This document shows, piece after piece, positions 1 through 11,096 of a stretch of 64,000 nt of DNA. Location of the stretch: the NCBI GenBank assembly GCA_964388155.1, contig CAYLYH010000007.1, positions 5,679-69,678 on the forward strand, given 5' to 3'. Origin of the DNA: an uncultured bacterium (GTDB lineage: Bacteria; Fidelibacterota; Marinisomatia; Marinisomatales; JACNKV01). The position numbers and the translations under genes were made by a program. The notes below the pieces were generated by a model that was not told the origin of the DNA, ran no database searches, and was given only the letters and a program-made list of their open reading frames with translations. The first letter of the stretch is position 1. The number at the start of each line of letters is the position of its first letter.

Positions 1-74
1 CGAAGCGCTTTTGCAGCCTTTGTTCCTGTATTCTCCCGTTCAAAAACTTCTAGTTTTTCATACTGTTGTGCCAT
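1..74 (-). CDS. rplY: 50S ribosomal protein L25/Ctc, first 24 codons only (gene runs off the window)
   Basis: The reverse-strand ATG at 74..72 opens MAQQYEKLEVFERENTGTKAAKALR. This fits the L25/Ctc N-terminal pattern and the common prs-rplY gene order. The fragment is too short to be sure. Confidence 0.5.
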   Translation of the reverse strand, partial: MAQQYEKLEVFERENTGTKAAKAL

Positions 75-90
75 GATTAAATACTCCTTA

Positions 91-1068
91 TTAAAATTCG
101 AATAGGGCGCTTACTGAGTCGCCATTATGGATTCTTTTAATTGCTTCGCCGAACACGTTGGCCACCGAGACAATCTCCATATTGGGTAATTGTCTTTCTT
201 TTGAAAGATGTATTGTGTCCGTAAAAATGAAATTACCTATGGGGGCTTGTTTTAGTTTTGCAACAGCACCTCCGGATAACACCGCATGAGTGGCCGCAAC
301 CGAAACACTTTTTGCTCCCTCACTCACAGCTTTTTCTGCTGCATTTACGATGGTTCCTGCTGTGTCAATCATGTCATCAACGATTAACACATTTTTTCCA
401 TTTAAATCCCCAATTAAGTGGGCAACTTTTGCTTTGTTGGGAGCGTAACGCCGTTTGTCAATTAGTGCAAAGTGCAGCCCCAATAGTTTTGCGTATGCCT
501 GACTCATCCGTGCTGACCCCATATCAGGAGAAAGCACAGCTGTGTTCTCCGAAATAAGCCCCAAACTCTTAATTTTATCCAACAGTACCATCCTGCTGTA
601 CAAATGGTCAAACGGGATACTTGCAAATCCTTGGGTTTGAGTGGAATGCAAGTCCATGCTGATAATACGATCTGCACCCGTCGCCGTGAATAAATCCACC
701 ATCACTCGGGCAGAAATTGGGACCCTCGGTGTATCTTTTCTATCCTGACGACCGTAACCAAAATACGGAACAACTACCGTTACGCGATTAGCAGAAGCGC
801 GAACAGCAGCATCAATCATCAGTATAAGCTCAAGAATGTTCTCTGCGGGGCTATTGGTGGATTGAAGAATAAACACATCTTTCTCACGGATATTTTCTCC
901 GTATTTGACCCATAGCTCACCATCAGAAAAATTCTTAATATCAATCAACCCCAGGGGTTGGTTGATATATGTTGCTATTTTCTGTGCAAGGACAGGATTG
1001 CTCCGCCCCGCAAAAAGTGCTAATCTGTTAGGTTCTTTGTGCATGTATTTATTTTGAGTTATTATCAA
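91..1068 (-). CDS. prs: ribose-phosphate pyrophosphokinase
   Basis: LALFAGRSNPVLAQKIA, DGELWVKYGENIREKDVFILQST, PYFGYGRQDRKD and LIVDDMIDTAGT are classic PRPP synthetase motifs. The track start is a TTG; the ATG at 1044 (MHKEPN...) is the more likely start. Confidence 0.95.
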   Translation of the reverse strand: MIITQNKYMHKEPNRLALFAGRSNPVLAQKIATYINQPLGLIDIKNFSDGELWVKYGENIREKDVFILQSTNSPAENILELILMIDAAVRASANRVTVVVPYFGYGRQDRKDTPRVPISARVMVDLFTATGADRIISMDLHSTQTQGFASIPFDHLYSRMVLLDKIKSLGLISENTAVLSPDMGSARMSQAYAKLLGLHFALIDKRRYAPNKAKVAHLIGDLNGKNVLIVDDMIDTAGTIVNAAEKAVSEGAKSVSVAATHAVLSGGAVAKLKQAPIGNFIFTDTIHLSKERQLPNMEIVSVANVFGEAIKRIHNGDSVSALFEF

Positions 1069-1086
1069 TTAGCCCAAATTTGTCTG

Positions 1087-1157
1087 CTGGGGAGCAGGGA
1101 TTCGAACCCCAACTACCGAGACCAAAACCCGGTGTCCTACCCTTAGACGACTCCCCA
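1087..1157 (-). tRNA. tRNA-Gln (anticodon UUG)
   Basis: The reverse complement reads TGGGGAG-TC-GTCT-AAGGGTA-GGAC-A-CCGGG-TTTTGGT-CTCGG-TAGT-TGGGG-TTCGAAT-CCCTG-CTCCCCA-G. It folds into a cloverleaf with a 7-bp acceptor stem, a TTCGAAT T-loop and anticodon TTG. CCA is not encoded. Confidence 0.85.
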
Positions 1158-1185
1158 AGTAGTACCATAGTATAGACCAACAAGA

Positions 1186-2067
1186 TTATTGATTTGTGGG
1201 GTGGGCGATAAATGTACGATGTGAGGGGAAAACTGACTCCGCCCGTCTGGCGACGGTTTCTTCGTCAAATATTCCATACACAGCCGAGCCACTCCCCGAC
1301 AAACCGGCAAACGATGCTCCTGCATTTAACAACTGCAGTTTTATTTTGCCAATCTCTGGATATGCTGGAATCACTATCCGTTCAAAATCATTCTTAAAAA
1401 TCTTTAAAGAAAGGTTTCTCTCTCTTAAACAGAGGGCGAAGTTAATGTGTTCTGTTTTGTTCTCCAAATGCTTTTTTACTTCTTTGTATGCCCAGCCGGT
1501 GGAAATATGGATGGATGGAACAACCACTAAATATGTCCCGTGAATCACGCGGGGTGATTGTGCCAATTCCTCACCCACGCCATCTCCAATTTGCGTTCCA
1601 CCTTTGAGAAAGAACGGGACATCCGCTCCTAATGCTACGCCGATCGCTTTTAATTTCTTGTCGTCCAATGAGAGATTATACAACGTGTTCAACCCCTTTA
1701 ACACTGCTGCTGCGTTGGATGAACCACCGCCAAGTCCTGCACCTGCAGGGATGATCTTCTCCAAATGGATTGACACTCCCTGAATCTGTGGGTATGTTTT
1801 CTGAAGTACTAAGAATGCCTTAACGCAAAGATTGGACTCATCTGCAGGCACCCAATCAACATTGGAAGTGAAGTTCCAGCCATGAGCCTGTTTTTTGAGG
1901 GTGAGCGTATCGTGGAGCGAGATTTCTTGGAAAACGGTATGAATAGTATGATAACCATCCGGGCGTTTGTTCCGCACCTGAAGGCCAACATTTACCTTTG
2001 CGTGAGAAATTAAGTTAACTGGCTTATTCAAGGAGAAGAAAGCGTAGCAATTGCCTGCGTTGCCCAA
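1186..2067 (-). CDS. ispE: 4-diphosphocytidyl-2-C-methyl-D-erythritol kinase
   Basis: HAKVNVGLQVRNKRPDGYHTIHTVFQEISLHD and the GHMP-kinase loop PAGAGLGGGSSNAAAV are present. The N-terminus is uncertain: the track start overlaps ispF by 40 nt, whereas a TTG at 2031 would give a TTGA stop/start overlap. Confidence 0.9.
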   Translation of the reverse strand: MGNAGNCYAFFSLNKPVNLISHAKVNVGLQVRNKRPDGYHTIHTVFQEISLHDTLTLKKQAHGWNFTSNVDWVPADESNLCVKAFLVLQKTYPQIQGVSIHLEKIIPAGAGLGGGSSNAAAVLKGLNTLYNLSLDDKKLKAIGVALGADVPFFLKGGTQIGDGVGEELAQSPRVIHGTYLVVVPSIHISTGWAYKEVKKHLENKTEHINFALCLRERNLSLKIFKNDFERIVIPAYPEIGKIKLQLLNAGASFAGLSGSGSAVYGIFDEETVARRAESVFPSHRTFIAHPTNQ

Positions 2068-2504
2068 CCTTTGCCTTCACCAATATATCCAAGATAATCG
2101 GTTGTGGTCGCCTTAACTGACACGGCAGATTCATCAATCTGCAGTGTATAGGCGATTTGATAGTGCATTGCAGGGATGTGCTCGCTTAATTTTGGTGATT
2201 GAAGAATGACCACGCAATCTATATGCTGGATTTCGAACCCCGTTTCTCGTATTCGCGTAGCTGTTTCGGATAAAAAGTATTTACTGTCTGTGTCTTTCCA
2301 TTTTTCATCATCGCTGGGGAAATAGGTTCCGATGTCCCCTAAACTTGCCGCACCTAACAGAGCATCCACAATGGAGTGAATCAGAGCGTCGCCGTCAGAA
2401 TGCCCCACTGAACCAATCTTACCCGGGATAGAGACACCCCCAACAATAAGCGAATGTCCTTCAGCCAACTGGTGCGCATCATATCCGATGCCGACTTTAA
2501 TCAA
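2028..2504 (-). CDS. ispF: 2-C-methyl-D-erythritol 2,4-cyclodiphosphate synthase
   Basis: Contains GIGYDAHQL and GHSDGDALIHSIVDALLGA. At 158 aa the size is typical. Confidence 0.95.
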   Translation of the reverse strand: MIKVGIGYDAHQLAEGHSLIVGGVSIPGKIGSVGHSDGDALIHSIVDALLGAASLGDIGTYFPSDDEKWKDTDSKYFLSETATRIRETGFEIQHIDCVVILQSPKLSEHIPAMHYQIAYTLQIDESAVSVKATTTDYLGYIGEGKGWATQAIATLSSP

Positions 2505-3244
2505 TTGGAACCTCCTTCAATTTTATTTTCCGCGACTGTATTTCTATGAGACCAAATCGCTTCTGCAAATATCCAATCTTTCGGCGTGGTGATTTTGATA
2601 TTCATTGCAGATCCTTCTACCGTAACAATTTGGTATCCAAGGCGTTCTAATAACATCGATTCATCTGTGGCGGTTACGTTATCATTGATGGCGGAATTGA
2701 GTGCCTTTAGCAGGGGTTTTGTCCGAAAAGTTTGTGGGGTTTGTGCCAGCCAAACTGTCTCCCGTGAAATCGTTTTCAGGATTTTTTGTCCTTGGATATG
2801 CTTAATGGTGTCTTTAGCAGGGATTGCCAGTATTGCTCCGTCATTTTTTTCACATGCCCGAATAGTTTTAATGACTTCTTCCTGAGATAAAAAGGGGCGT
2901 ACCGCATCATGAACACAGATTAAATCACAGGTATCGCTTAGCGCTTGAACCCCAGCAAACACTGAATCCTGCCGGCGTTTACCGCCTGCAACAACCTGGG
3001 TGGGTTTGGTGGTGGACAATGACCGTAGCTCTCTGGCCACTTGCCGAACAACATCCCTGGGTGTTACAACAACTATTTCGCAAACATCAGCGATGGTAAG
3101 AAAGGGCTGGAGCGAATGATAGAATAGAGGACGTTTACCTAAAACTCTAAATTGTTTTTTTTCACCAAACCTAATTCCTGCTCCGGCGGCAGGTAGAACA
3201 ACGCCAACGCTCCCAGCTCTTGGCTTTCCACTTTTAACTTTCAA
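2501..3244 (-). CDS. ispD: 2-C-methyl-D-erythritol 4-phosphate cytidylyltransferase
   Basis: Contains VVLPAAGAGIRFG..KQF, HDAVRPF and the IspD fold length. It overlaps ispF by 4 nt. Confidence 0.9.
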   Translation of the reverse strand: MKVKSGKPRAGSVGVVLPAAGAGIRFGEKKQFRVLGKRPLFYHSLQPFLTIADVCEIVVVTPRDVVRQVARELRSLSTTKPTQVVAGGKRRQDSVFAGVQALSDTCDLICVHDAVRPFLSQEEVIKTIRACEKNDGAILAIPAKDTIKHIQGQKILKTISRETVWLAQTPQTFRTKPLLKALNSAINDNVTATDESMLLERLGYQIVTVEGSAMNIKITTPKDWIFAEAIWSHRNTVAENKIEGGSN

Positions 3245-3258
3245 CGTAGCAATTTCGA

Positions 3259-4314
3259 CTAAATCACCAACATTGCATCGCCATAGCTTAGGAAACGATA
3301 ATCATGTTTTTTGGCTTCACGATATGCTTTCATCATAAAATCTCGAGTTGAGAAGGCAGAGACCATCATCATTAACGTGCTTTTTGGTTGATGAAAGTTC
3401 GTAATTAATCCGTCGACCATCTTAAATTGATAGGGGGGGTAAATAAATTTATCTGTCCAGCCTCGCTTAGGTGTAACCTGAAAGCCAGATACCGTCACGG
3501 TTTCGATTGCCCGAACTGCAGACGTTCCAACAGCGACAACTTTTCTCCGTCTTTTCTTAGCTCTGTTAATAGCCATGGCTGTTGCCGGAGGAACCTCAAA
3601 ATATTCAGAATCCATTTGATGGCGATTTAAATCCTCAACTTGTACTGGACGAAATGTACCGAGTCCTATGTGAAGTGTTACATATTCTATTTTTACACCC
3701 TTAGCACGAAGTTTATTTAACAATCCTTCCGTAAAATGAAGCCCGGCAGTTGGGGCTGCGACGGCTCCTCTTTTCTCTGCATAGACCGTTTGGTACCGGG
3801 TTTTATCCTTTGCCTCGGCTTTCCGTTTTATATACGGAGGTAGCGGAGAATTTCCGACACGGTCTATGATGTCATATAATTCTTTTCCTTTATCATATTC
3901 AAACCTTACAACTCTTCCGCCGGAAATAGTGTTATCAATTACATCGCAATGAACATTTTTTGAAAAAACAAGCTTGTTCCCGATTCGCACTTTTCTTGCG
4001 GGTTTTACCATCACTTCCCAAAGGTCATTTCCCAACTCTCTAAGGAGAAATACTTCAACAATAGCGTCAGTTTTATCTTTTTCCGCAAAGAGTCTTGCCG
4101 GGTATACTTTTGTGTTATTCAGCAATAACACATCTCCTTTACGCATATAATCCGTGATGTTTAAGAATTTTCGGTGTTCTATTTTTTTGGCATCTCTGTG
4201 AATCACCATAAGTTTTGAAAGATCTCTGCGTTGGGCCGGATATTCCGCTATATATTTATCCGGTAGCGCGTAATCAAAATCTGCAAGTTTGTACTTTTTT
4301 TTCTTAGTTATCAT
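3259..4314 (-). CDS. queA: S-adenosylmethionine:tRNA ribosyltransferase-isomerase
   Basis: Contains [38 protein letters not shown] and GTSAVRAIE. It overlaps ruvB by 11 nt. Confidence 0.95.
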   Translation of the reverse strand: MITKKKKYKLADFDYALPDKYIAEYPAQRRDLSKLMVIHRDAKKIEHRKFLNITDYMRKGDVLLLNNTKVYPARLFAEKDKTDAIVEVFLLRELGNDLWEVMVKPARKVRIGNKLVFSKNVHCDVIDNTISGGRVVRFEYDKGKELYDIIDRVGNSPLPPYIKRKAEAKDKTRYQTVYAEKRGAVAAPTAGLHFTEGLLNKLRAKGVKIEYVTLHIGLGTFRPVQVEDLNRHQMDSEYFEVPPATAMAINRAKKRRRKVVAVGTSAVRAIETVTVSGFQVTPKRGWTDKFIYPPYQFKMVDGLITNFHQPKSTLMMMVSAFSTRDFMMKAYREAKKHDYRFLSYGDAMLVI

Positions 4315-5335
4315 TGAATAATCCTTGTTGAAGTTGTGTCGGAGTTTTCCCCAACAGTTTATAGGCTTTTCTTTGTGCGATTCTTCCTCGGGATGTGCGT
4401 TGAATGAACCCCTCTTTTATAAGGTAAGGTTCATACACATCCTCCACGGTAGTGGTATCTTCACTGACCGCTACGGCAAGTGAGCCCACGCCGACAGGAC
4501 CTCCGTCAAAATTATCTATCAAAGCAGAAAGTATTTTGCGATCCATGCCATCCAGTCCGTGTGTGTCAATTCCCAATGTTTCCAGCGATGCAACAGCAAC
4601 CTCCTCTGTAATGGTTCCATTTGCTTTTACATCTGCATAATCCCTTGCCCGGCGTAGGATACGATTGGCGATTCGAGGAGTTCCCCGGGATCGGCGTGCG
4701 ATTTCCATCGCACCGTTATCGTTAACCTTTACGTCTAATATTTCCGCTGATCTGACGACAATATGAAAAATGTCCTTTGGGTCATAGTAATCCACACGCA
4801 AAACAATGCCGAACCGATCACGAAGTGGGGATGTTAAATTCCCCATCCGTGTGGTTGCCCCAATGAGTGTAAATGGCTCAATGTTGAGTTGAACACTTCG
4901 TGCGCTGGGCCCCTTATCAATCATAATATCGATGGTGTAATCCTCCATGGCAGAGTATAAATATTCCTCAACAACACTATTTAGCCGGTGAATTTCATCG
5001 ATGAAAAACACGTCCCTACCTTTTAAGTTGGTTAACATCCCTGCGAGGTCTCCGGCACGATCTACAACGGGTCCGGACGTCGGCTTAATGTTGGCCACCA
5101 ATTCCTTCGCAATAATATTTGCCAGGGTTGTTTTACCAAGTCCCGGAGGTCCAAACAAAAGAACATGATCCAAAGAATCTCCCCGCTGGTTAGCAGCTTT
5201 AATATATAACTTCAGGCTGTCAACCAACTCTTTTTGCCCGATAAAATCGTCAAAATGAGAAGGACGCAGTGATCGTTCTACAACGATGTCTTCTTCAAAA
5301 GGAGTTGGGTCTGTAATATGTATTTCTGTTGTCAT
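4304..5335 (-). CDS. ruvB: Holliday junction branch migration helicase RuvB
   Basis: Contains [12 protein letters not shown], the Walker A motif [19 protein letters not shown] and [12 protein letters not shown]. Confidence 0.97.
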   Translation of the reverse strand: MTTEIHITDPTPFEEDIVVERSLRPSHFDDFIGQKELVDSLKLYIKAANQRGDSLDHVLLFGPPGLGKTTLANIIAKELVANIKPTSGPVVDRAGDLAGMLTNLKGRDVFFIDEIHRLNSVVEEYLYSAMEDYTIDIMIDKGPSARSVQLNIEPFTLIGATTRMGNLTSPLRDRFGIVLRVDYYDPKDIFHIVVRSAEILDVKVNDNGAMEIARRSRGTPRIANRILRRARDYADVKANGTITEEVAVASLETLGIDTHGLDGMDRKILSALIDNFDGGPVGVGSLAVAVSEDTTTVEDVYEPYLIKEGFIQRTSRGRIAQRKAYKLLGKTPTQLQQGLFNDN

Positions 5336-5441
5336 TATCTGTGTAAATACGAAAAAACGCTGTATTCATAGGGTTGAAGATAAGAATCCGGCTTAGGGGT
5401 TTCCAAATGGTTAATGTGGCCAAATAAAATCAAGAGAGACA

Positions 5442-8270
5442 TTACTCCGTTAACAGCGGACGTAAAAACTGTCCGGTATAAGACATTTTATGTTTAACAA
5501 TATTTTCCGGCGTGCCTTCAAATAATACCTTTCCGCCGTCCTCTCCGCCCTCAGGTCCCAAATCGATAATCCAATCTGCGGTTTTAATCACATCAAGGTT
5601 GTGCTCAATAACAATCACTGTATGCCCTTTTTCCACGAGGCGCTGCAAGACGCTAAGGAGCATTCTGACGTCCTCAAAATGAAGTCCTGTCGTCGGTTCA
5701 TCCAAGATGTAGAGTGTTCTGTCATGGCTTTGTCTGGACAATTCAGACGCTAATTTCACTCGTTGAGCTTCACCGCCGGATAGTGTTGTTGCTTGCTGTC
5801 CCAAACGAATATATCCGAGACCGACCTTGTTTAGTGTTGTCAGTTTTTTCCATATTGACGGTATGTTTCTGAAAAAGTCCAGCGCATCTTCCACTGACAT
5901 ATTTAACACATCGGTAATCGTCTTGTCTTTGTATTTCACTTCCAGCGTTTCACGGTTATACCGTCCGCCTTTACACACTTCGCAGGTTACGTACACATCC
6001 GGAAGGAAATTCATTTCAATTTTGATAATTCCGTCTCCGCGGCATGCCTCACATCGTCCGCCTTTTACATTAAATGAAAACCGCCCGGGTTTGTATCCTC
6101 GAAGTTTGGATTCCGGCAGTTGAGAGAACAGATCCCGTATATGTGTGAAAACGCCCGTATATGTTGCAGGATTCGATCGCGGAGTTCGACCAATAGGTTT
6201 TTGGTCTATTTCCACTACTTTATCCAAATGCTCTAAACCATGAATCGTGTCATAACGGAGCGGATATTTTCTTGCTCTGTGAAGATCTCTGGCTAAAATC
6301 GGATATATGGTTTCATTCACTAATGTACTTTTTCCACTCCCGGAGACTCCTGTAACCACTGTAAATGTTCCCAATGGAATTTTAACATCAATCCCATTTA
6401 GATTGTTGCCCGCTGCGCCTTTTAACACCAAATCTTTTTTATGCCCCGACCTCCGAAATTCCGGCTGCTGAATTTTGCGTTTCCCTGACAGATATTTTCC
6501 AGTGATGGACAAATCATGATCAAGTAATTTGGTAGGGGGACCGGAAAAAACAACCTCACCGCCATGTTCCCCTGCTCCCGGGCCTAAATCAATAATATGG
6601 TCGGCCTCCATCATGGTCTCTCGATCATGTTCAACCACTAAAATGGAGTTTCCGAGGTCTCTTAAATGTTTCAAGGTATTCAACAGACGTGTGTTATCTC
6701 TGGGGTGCAAACCGATAGAAGGTTCATCTAAAATATATAACACACCCATTAGCTGAGACCCAATCTGTGTTGCAAGACGAATCCTTTGGGCTTCTCCTCC
6801 GGACAATGTCGTCGCGGAGCGATCCAAGGTCAAATATTCTAACCCTACATTGGCTAAAAACCCAAGTCTTTCTAAACTCTCTTTTAAAATTTGGTCCGCA
6901 ATGGCTGTTTCAGTTTTTGTCAGACTTAACGACGAAAAGAAACCCAACAATTCTTTGATAGAAAGTCTGGAAATATCCCCAAGACTTTTTTCTCCGATTG
7001 TGACAGCCAGACTCTCTTTTCTCAATCGTGCCCCATGACATTCAGGGCATGGACGCATACTCATATACTGTTCTATCCACTCACGAATCCCTGAGGATTT
7101 TGTTTGTTTGTATCGTCGCATCAGATTAGGAATCGCGCCCTCCCAACCGCCGGTGTACGTTCCGGACCAACGAGTGGACGTATAAGACATGGTGAGTTTT
7201 TCTTTTCCTGTTCCATAAAGGAGGATTTCTCTGACTTTAGGATCTAATTTTATCCATGGGGACGAAAAGGCAAATCCATAATGCCTCGCCATACTTTTCA
7301 AAATACTGCCGTACCAGTTTCCGCGGGGTTGTACACCAAGGGGAGTGATTGCGCCTTGGATAAGGGACTTGGTTTTGTCCGGGACCACCAATTCCGGGTC
7401 TACTTCCATGTGAGACCCAAGCCCGTCACATTTTTTACAGGCACCGTAAGGAGAATTAAACGAGAACATCCGCGGGGACAATTCCTCCATGGATACCTCA
7501 CAATGCGGACAGGCAAAGTGCTCACTAAAAAGATGGTCTGTACCCGGCAATTCGTGAACAATAATAAGTCCCGTGCCGATTTTTAAAGCTAACTCCACGG
7601 ATTCTGTCAACCGCTCCCGGGATTTTTTCTCTAAAACCAGGCGATCCACCACGACTTCTATCGTATGTTTTTTGTTTTTTGACAGGCGAATCTTATCATC
7701 GATTGAATAAATTTCACCATCCACGCGTGTGCGCAGAAATCCTTCTTTTTTTATTTCCTCAAAAACGCCCTTGTGCTCTCCCTTTCTTCCACGAACAACA
7801 GGCGCAAGGATGTAAATACGCGCTCCCTGTCCAAACCGTTTGACGGTATCCACAATTTGCTGAACGGTCTGCTTTTGGATTGGCCTCCCGCACTCCCAAC
7901 AATGCGGCCTTCCGATATGCGCATATAGAAGCCGTAGGTAATCATGGATTTCCGTCACAGTCCCCACCGTAGATCTTGGATTTCGGGCAGAGGATTTTTG
8001 TTCAATCGAGATCGCCGGAGACAACCCTTCAATATAATCCATATCAGGTTTTTCCATGAGTCCAAGAAATTGTCTGGCATAAGAAGAAAGAGATTCTACA
8101 TATCGACGCTGGCCTTCCGCGTAAATTGTATCAAAGGCTAACGAAGACTTCCCTGAGCCGGAAAGCCCGGTAATGACGACTAATTTATCTCTGGGAATAT
8201 CTATATCGATATTTTTCAGATTATGTTGGCGGGCTCCGCGAATACGTATTTTATCTATAGCTTTTTTCAT
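5442..8270 (-). CDS. uvrA: excinuclease ABC subunit A
   Basis: 942 aa with two ABC modules ([39 protein letters not shown]), LSGGEAQR twice, and CxxC zinc modules. Confidence 0.98.
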   Translation of the reverse strand: MKKAIDKIRIRGARQHNLKNIDIDIPRDKLVVITGLSGSGKSSLAFDTIYAEGQRRYVESLSSYARQFLGLMEKPDMDYIEGLSPAISIEQKSSARNPRSTVGTVTEIHDYLRLLYAHIGRPHCWECGRPIQKQTVQQIVDTVKRFGQGARIYILAPVVRGRKGEHKGVFEEIKKEGFLRTRVDGEIYSIDDKIRLSKNKKHTIEVVVDRLVLEKKSRERLTESVELALKIGTGLIIVHELPGTDHLFSEHFACPHCEVSMEELSPRMFSFNSPYGACKKCDGLGSHMEVDPELVVPDKTKSLIQGAITPLGVQPRGNWYGSILKSMARHYGFAFSSPWIKLDPKVREILLYGTGKEKLTMSYTSTRWSGTYTGGWEGAIPNLMRRYKQTKSSGIREWIEQYMSMRPCPECHGARLRKESLAVTIGEKSLGDISRLSIKELLGFFSSLSLTKTETAIADQILKESLERLGFLANVGLEYLTLDRSATTLSGGEAQRIRLATQIGSQLMGVLYILDEPSIGLHPRDNTRLLNTLKHLRDLGNSILVVEHDRETMMEADHIIDLGPGAGEHGGEVVFSGPPTKLLDHDLSITGKYLSGKRKIQQPEFRRSGHKKDLVLKGAAGNNLNGIDVKIPLGTFTVVTGVSGSGKSTLVNETIYPILARDLHRARKYPLRYDTIHGLEHLDKVVEIDQKPIGRTPRSNPATYTGVFTHIRDLFSQLPESKLRGYKPGRFSFNVKGGRCEACRGDGIIKIEMNFLPDVYVTCEVCKGGRYNRETLEVKYKDKTITDVLNMSVEDALDFFRNIPSIWKKLTTLNKVGLGYIRLGQQATTLSGGEAQRVKLASELSRQSHDRTLYILDEPTTGLHFEDVRMLLSVLQRLVEKGHTVIVIEHNLDVIKTADWIIDLGPEGGEDGGKVLFEGTPENIVKHKMSYTGQFLRPLLTE

Positions 8271-8425
8271 TTCTCACTTCGAGTCGAACCATAAAATTTA
8301 CCTCTTTTTTCCAACTGATTCAAAAAACGATTTACTTTTTTTGTAAAGATTTTTTAAGGAGACAAAATACTTGGACGCAGATTAGATGAATATATTTGAC
8401 TGGAACTAGTTAGTCGTATATAAAA

Positions 8426-8525
8426 AACCGTTAAAACGGTTCAAATTATTATTTGTTCGTAACCCACGACTTTAAAGTTGTGGGTTACTGAAAGGATAAT
8501 CATTAACCATTTCAATGGTTTTAAT
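8426..8525. repeat. three consecutive short stem-loops in the uvrA/yqgE divergent spacer
   Basis: AACCGTT-aa-AACGGTT lies at 8426-8441. GTAACCCACGAC-tttaaa-GTTGTGGGTTAC at 8459-8488 forms 12 bp including one G-U pair. ATTAACCATT-tc-AATGGTTTTAAT lies at about 8502-8525. Confidence 0.6.
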
Positions 8526-8631
8526 AGAATACGAATAACCCATGCAGGAGTAACATCATTCATAGTGAGAAGATGTTTTACATTTTCAACTTGAGTGTTT
8601 TATCTTTCAAAAAAATGCCGTACTTTTTCAC

Positions 8632-9189
8632 ATGGGTTCACTTAAAAATAATCTGATCGTTGCAATGCCGCATATGCAAGATCCCTTTTTTGCAAAAGCT
8701 GTTGTGTTAATTTGTGAGCACACAGAAGATGGCGCAATGGGGATTGTCATTAACCGTCCGTTTGAAGAACCGAATCTCAAGGGGTTGTTTTCGGAGATAT
8801 ACAAAGAAAATGAAAACATCCTTCAAGTTGTATCTACCATTTACTTTGGCGGTCCGGTAATGATCGAACGTGGAATCGTTCTGCATTCCTCGGATTATTC
8901 CTCTAAAGAAACCATCCCTATCTCGGACAGTTTCTCCCTCACAAGCCATAAAGAAATTCTCAAAGAAATACGTAAAAAAAGAGGTCCTTTGCATTATAAG
9001 TTGATGCTTGGACATGCCGGATGGGACAAAGGGCAGCTGGAACGAGAAATAAAAAACGGTGACTGGCTTCTCTTAGAAACAACGCCGGATTTGGTCTTTA
9101 ACACAGATGATACAATGATATGGAATCATGCAACTCATCAGTTTGATATGGGAAGCGCACATATTTCTGGGGTAGGAGGACAAGCCTAA
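8632..9189 (+). CDS. YqgE/AlgH family protein (UPF0301)
   Basis: LIVAMPHMQDPFFAKAVVLICEHTEDGAMGIVINRP and GPV..GIVLH..GHAGWDKGQLE match the family signature. Confidence 0.85.
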   Translation: MGSLKNNLIVAMPHMQDPFFAKAVVLICEHTEDGAMGIVINRPFEEPNLKGLFSEIYKENENILQVVSTIYFGGPVMIERGIVLHSSDYSSKETIPISDSFSLTSHKEILKEIRKKRGPLHYKLMLGHAGWDKGQLEREIKNGDWLLLETTPDLVFNTDDTMIWNHATHQFDMGSAHISGVGGQA

Positions 9190-9230
9190 AGCACCCACCC
9201 GCTTTTTCAAACGAAAACAAAGGGGCAACC

Positions 9231-11078
9231 ATGAAACATATAAAACTTTTATCCATTTTAGGATTGTTATGTTCACAAATCTACGGATGGTATCCTGATT
9301 ATACAATTCTTGCCACCGATTTTCAAGCCCGGCAGGATTATTTAGCATCCGCGCAAATACAATCCGTTGAACTAAAGGGATTGGGTAAGCATTTCCAATA
9401 TATTTACTCAAGTCCGCTTGACAATGTTTTTCAAAATCCGGCCTATCTTAGTTTCGGACCAGATAATTTTGTCTATCTTGATATCGCCAGCGAGGAATTT
9501 GAACCGCAATTTGTTGATCCTTACATTGTGCCAATGTATGGTTACAGAATAGAAACCGCCGCCAAAACAAGTGTATATTCCCCCGACCCGTATTATTGGT
9601 CTCCGTACAATACAACGAATACCATTCAGGGCAAAGATCCCATCTTTCGGGCGGTGTATTTTGGCAAGACACCGGCCCTACCACTGCGGTTCGGAATTTC
9701 TGCGGAGTACTTTTATAACGAAGAGGAATTTTATCGCCCGTCATGGTACTGGCGAGGCTGGTATATGGAAGATGCCATGGGTGCCACTTATGATGAGAAT
9801 CTCATCGACCCCTATCAAGACTATCGTTTAGTAGAAACAGGAACCAATATCGAAACCAACTCAGGTTACCGTTTGAACGGATTTTTAGCCATCCCGGTTT
9901 TTAACTGGCTCAGCCTAGGGTTGGGGGCAACGGTTCATCTTGAACAAGCAGACGGCACATACCGCGACATGGATCACCGTGATGACAGCGATTGGGCGGA
10001 TGAATATCTGCGCCATAATGATAACTATCGGCACCGTACACAAACTTTTGACCAAAATGAATTCCGCGCCGGAATTATTTGGTCTCCGAAAAAAACCACG
10101 AAATTTGGCATCGCTGCAGGATTTACTCCCGGGACTATCGACCGTTCATATATCGTAACCGATTCGTCCAATTATATATCAATTTATAATTTGAATCAGC
10201 CGGACTCCAGTGTGTATCACAGTCACGGCGGCTCTAATAATACCAAAGATTGGGACTACGACGGAAACGCGGTTTGGACAACATTTCACGGTGATATAAT
10301 GTTGTCTGACGGTTTGCTTCTCCGGTTTTCCGCTCATACGGAAAGTGCCGAAGCGGACCTGACCGAATTTGAAGATTTCTACCAAAGCGGTTATAATTAC
10401 CATACGTATTGGTCAACCTATAATGACACCAGTTACCGGCAAATATATGAGTCCGAAACGTGGGCATTGATGGATCGGATCGGAAAGGGAACCTTCGCTC
10501 GCGGTCACCAGAGGGTTTCTGTCGGTGTGGATTGGACAATCAGTCCGTCTTTGCGATTTGTGGGCGGATTAAGTTTTGAGCACCGGAATCTGAAACAAAA
10601 GGCCGAAGAACCCTTTAACGGTGAAAAATACGTGCATTATTTCAGAAATAGTCATTGGAGCGACTACACCGATAAAATCAGTACCGCGCTGGACGATAAA
10701 CAATTTACATGGTGGTACGAACGGGATCAAACGACACTTGCCGTCCCGATAGGTGTGTTTGTCGGAATAACAGACAATATCGAATTTCAGGTTGGGCTTA
10801 CAAAAGTCATGGAAAAGGTGGATGTGAATGAAAGCTATGATCTGGTTGTGTATCATGAATCATCAACCACAATTATTGACGGCGTTACCACCACCGAGGA
10901 AGACTCTGCTTATGTTGAGGGACATAAATTTCCGGGGGAACATTATTTCGCCAATAAATTCAATTTGAATGCCGGTGTGTCCATCAAACATAAAGACCTA
11001 TTCAAACTTACGGCCGTAATCACGGAATCCATTTTAGAACCGCGCTCACTTAAGATCGGGGCGCAAGTTATTTGGTAA
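9231..11078 (+). CDS. hypothetical secreted protein, outer-membrane beta-barrel-like
   Basis: It has a signal-peptide-like N-terminus (MKHIKLLSILGLLCSQIYG), a Tyr/Trp/Asp-rich composition with alternating patterns, and an aromatic C-terminus (GAQVIW). I recognise no family. Confidence 0.5.
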   Translation: MKHIKLLSILGLLCSQIYGWYPDYTILATDFQARQDYLASAQIQSVELKGLGKHFQYIYSSPLDNVFQNPAYLSFGPDNFVYLDIASEEFEPQFVDPYIVPMYGYRIETAAKTSVYSPDPYYWSPYNTTNTIQGKDPIFRAVYFGKTPALPLRFGISAEYFYNEEEFYRPSWYWRGWYMEDAMGATYDENLIDPYQDYRLVETGTNIETNSGYRLNGFLAIPVFNWLSLGLGATVHLEQADGTYRDMDHRDDSDWADEYLRHNDNYRHRTQTFDQNEFRAGIIWSPKKTTKFGIAAGFTPGTIDRSYIVTDSSNYISIYNLNQPDSSVYHSHGGSNNTKDWDYDGNAVWTTFHGDIMLSDGLLLRFSAHTESAEADLTEFEDFYQSGYNYHTYWSTYNDTSYRQIYESETWALMDRIGKGTFARGHQRVSVGVDWTISPSLRFVGGLSFEHRNLKQKAEEPFNGEKYVHYFRNSHWSDYTDKISTALDDKQFTWWYERDQTTLAVPIGVFVGITDNIEFQVGLTKVMEKVDVNESYDLVVYHESSTTIIDGVTTTEEDSAYVEGHKFPGEHYFANKFNLNAGVSIKHKDLFKLTAVITESILEPRSLKIGAQVIW

Positions 11079-11096
11079 GTGAGAATTTGAGTTGCC

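Noticed and set aside
1186-3244. ispD-ispF-ispE adjacency as something unusual
   Set aside because: These are three ordinary, unfused MEP-pathway genes in one operon next to tRNA-Gln and prs. This is a normal housekeeping arrangement. Only the ispE start site is uncertain.
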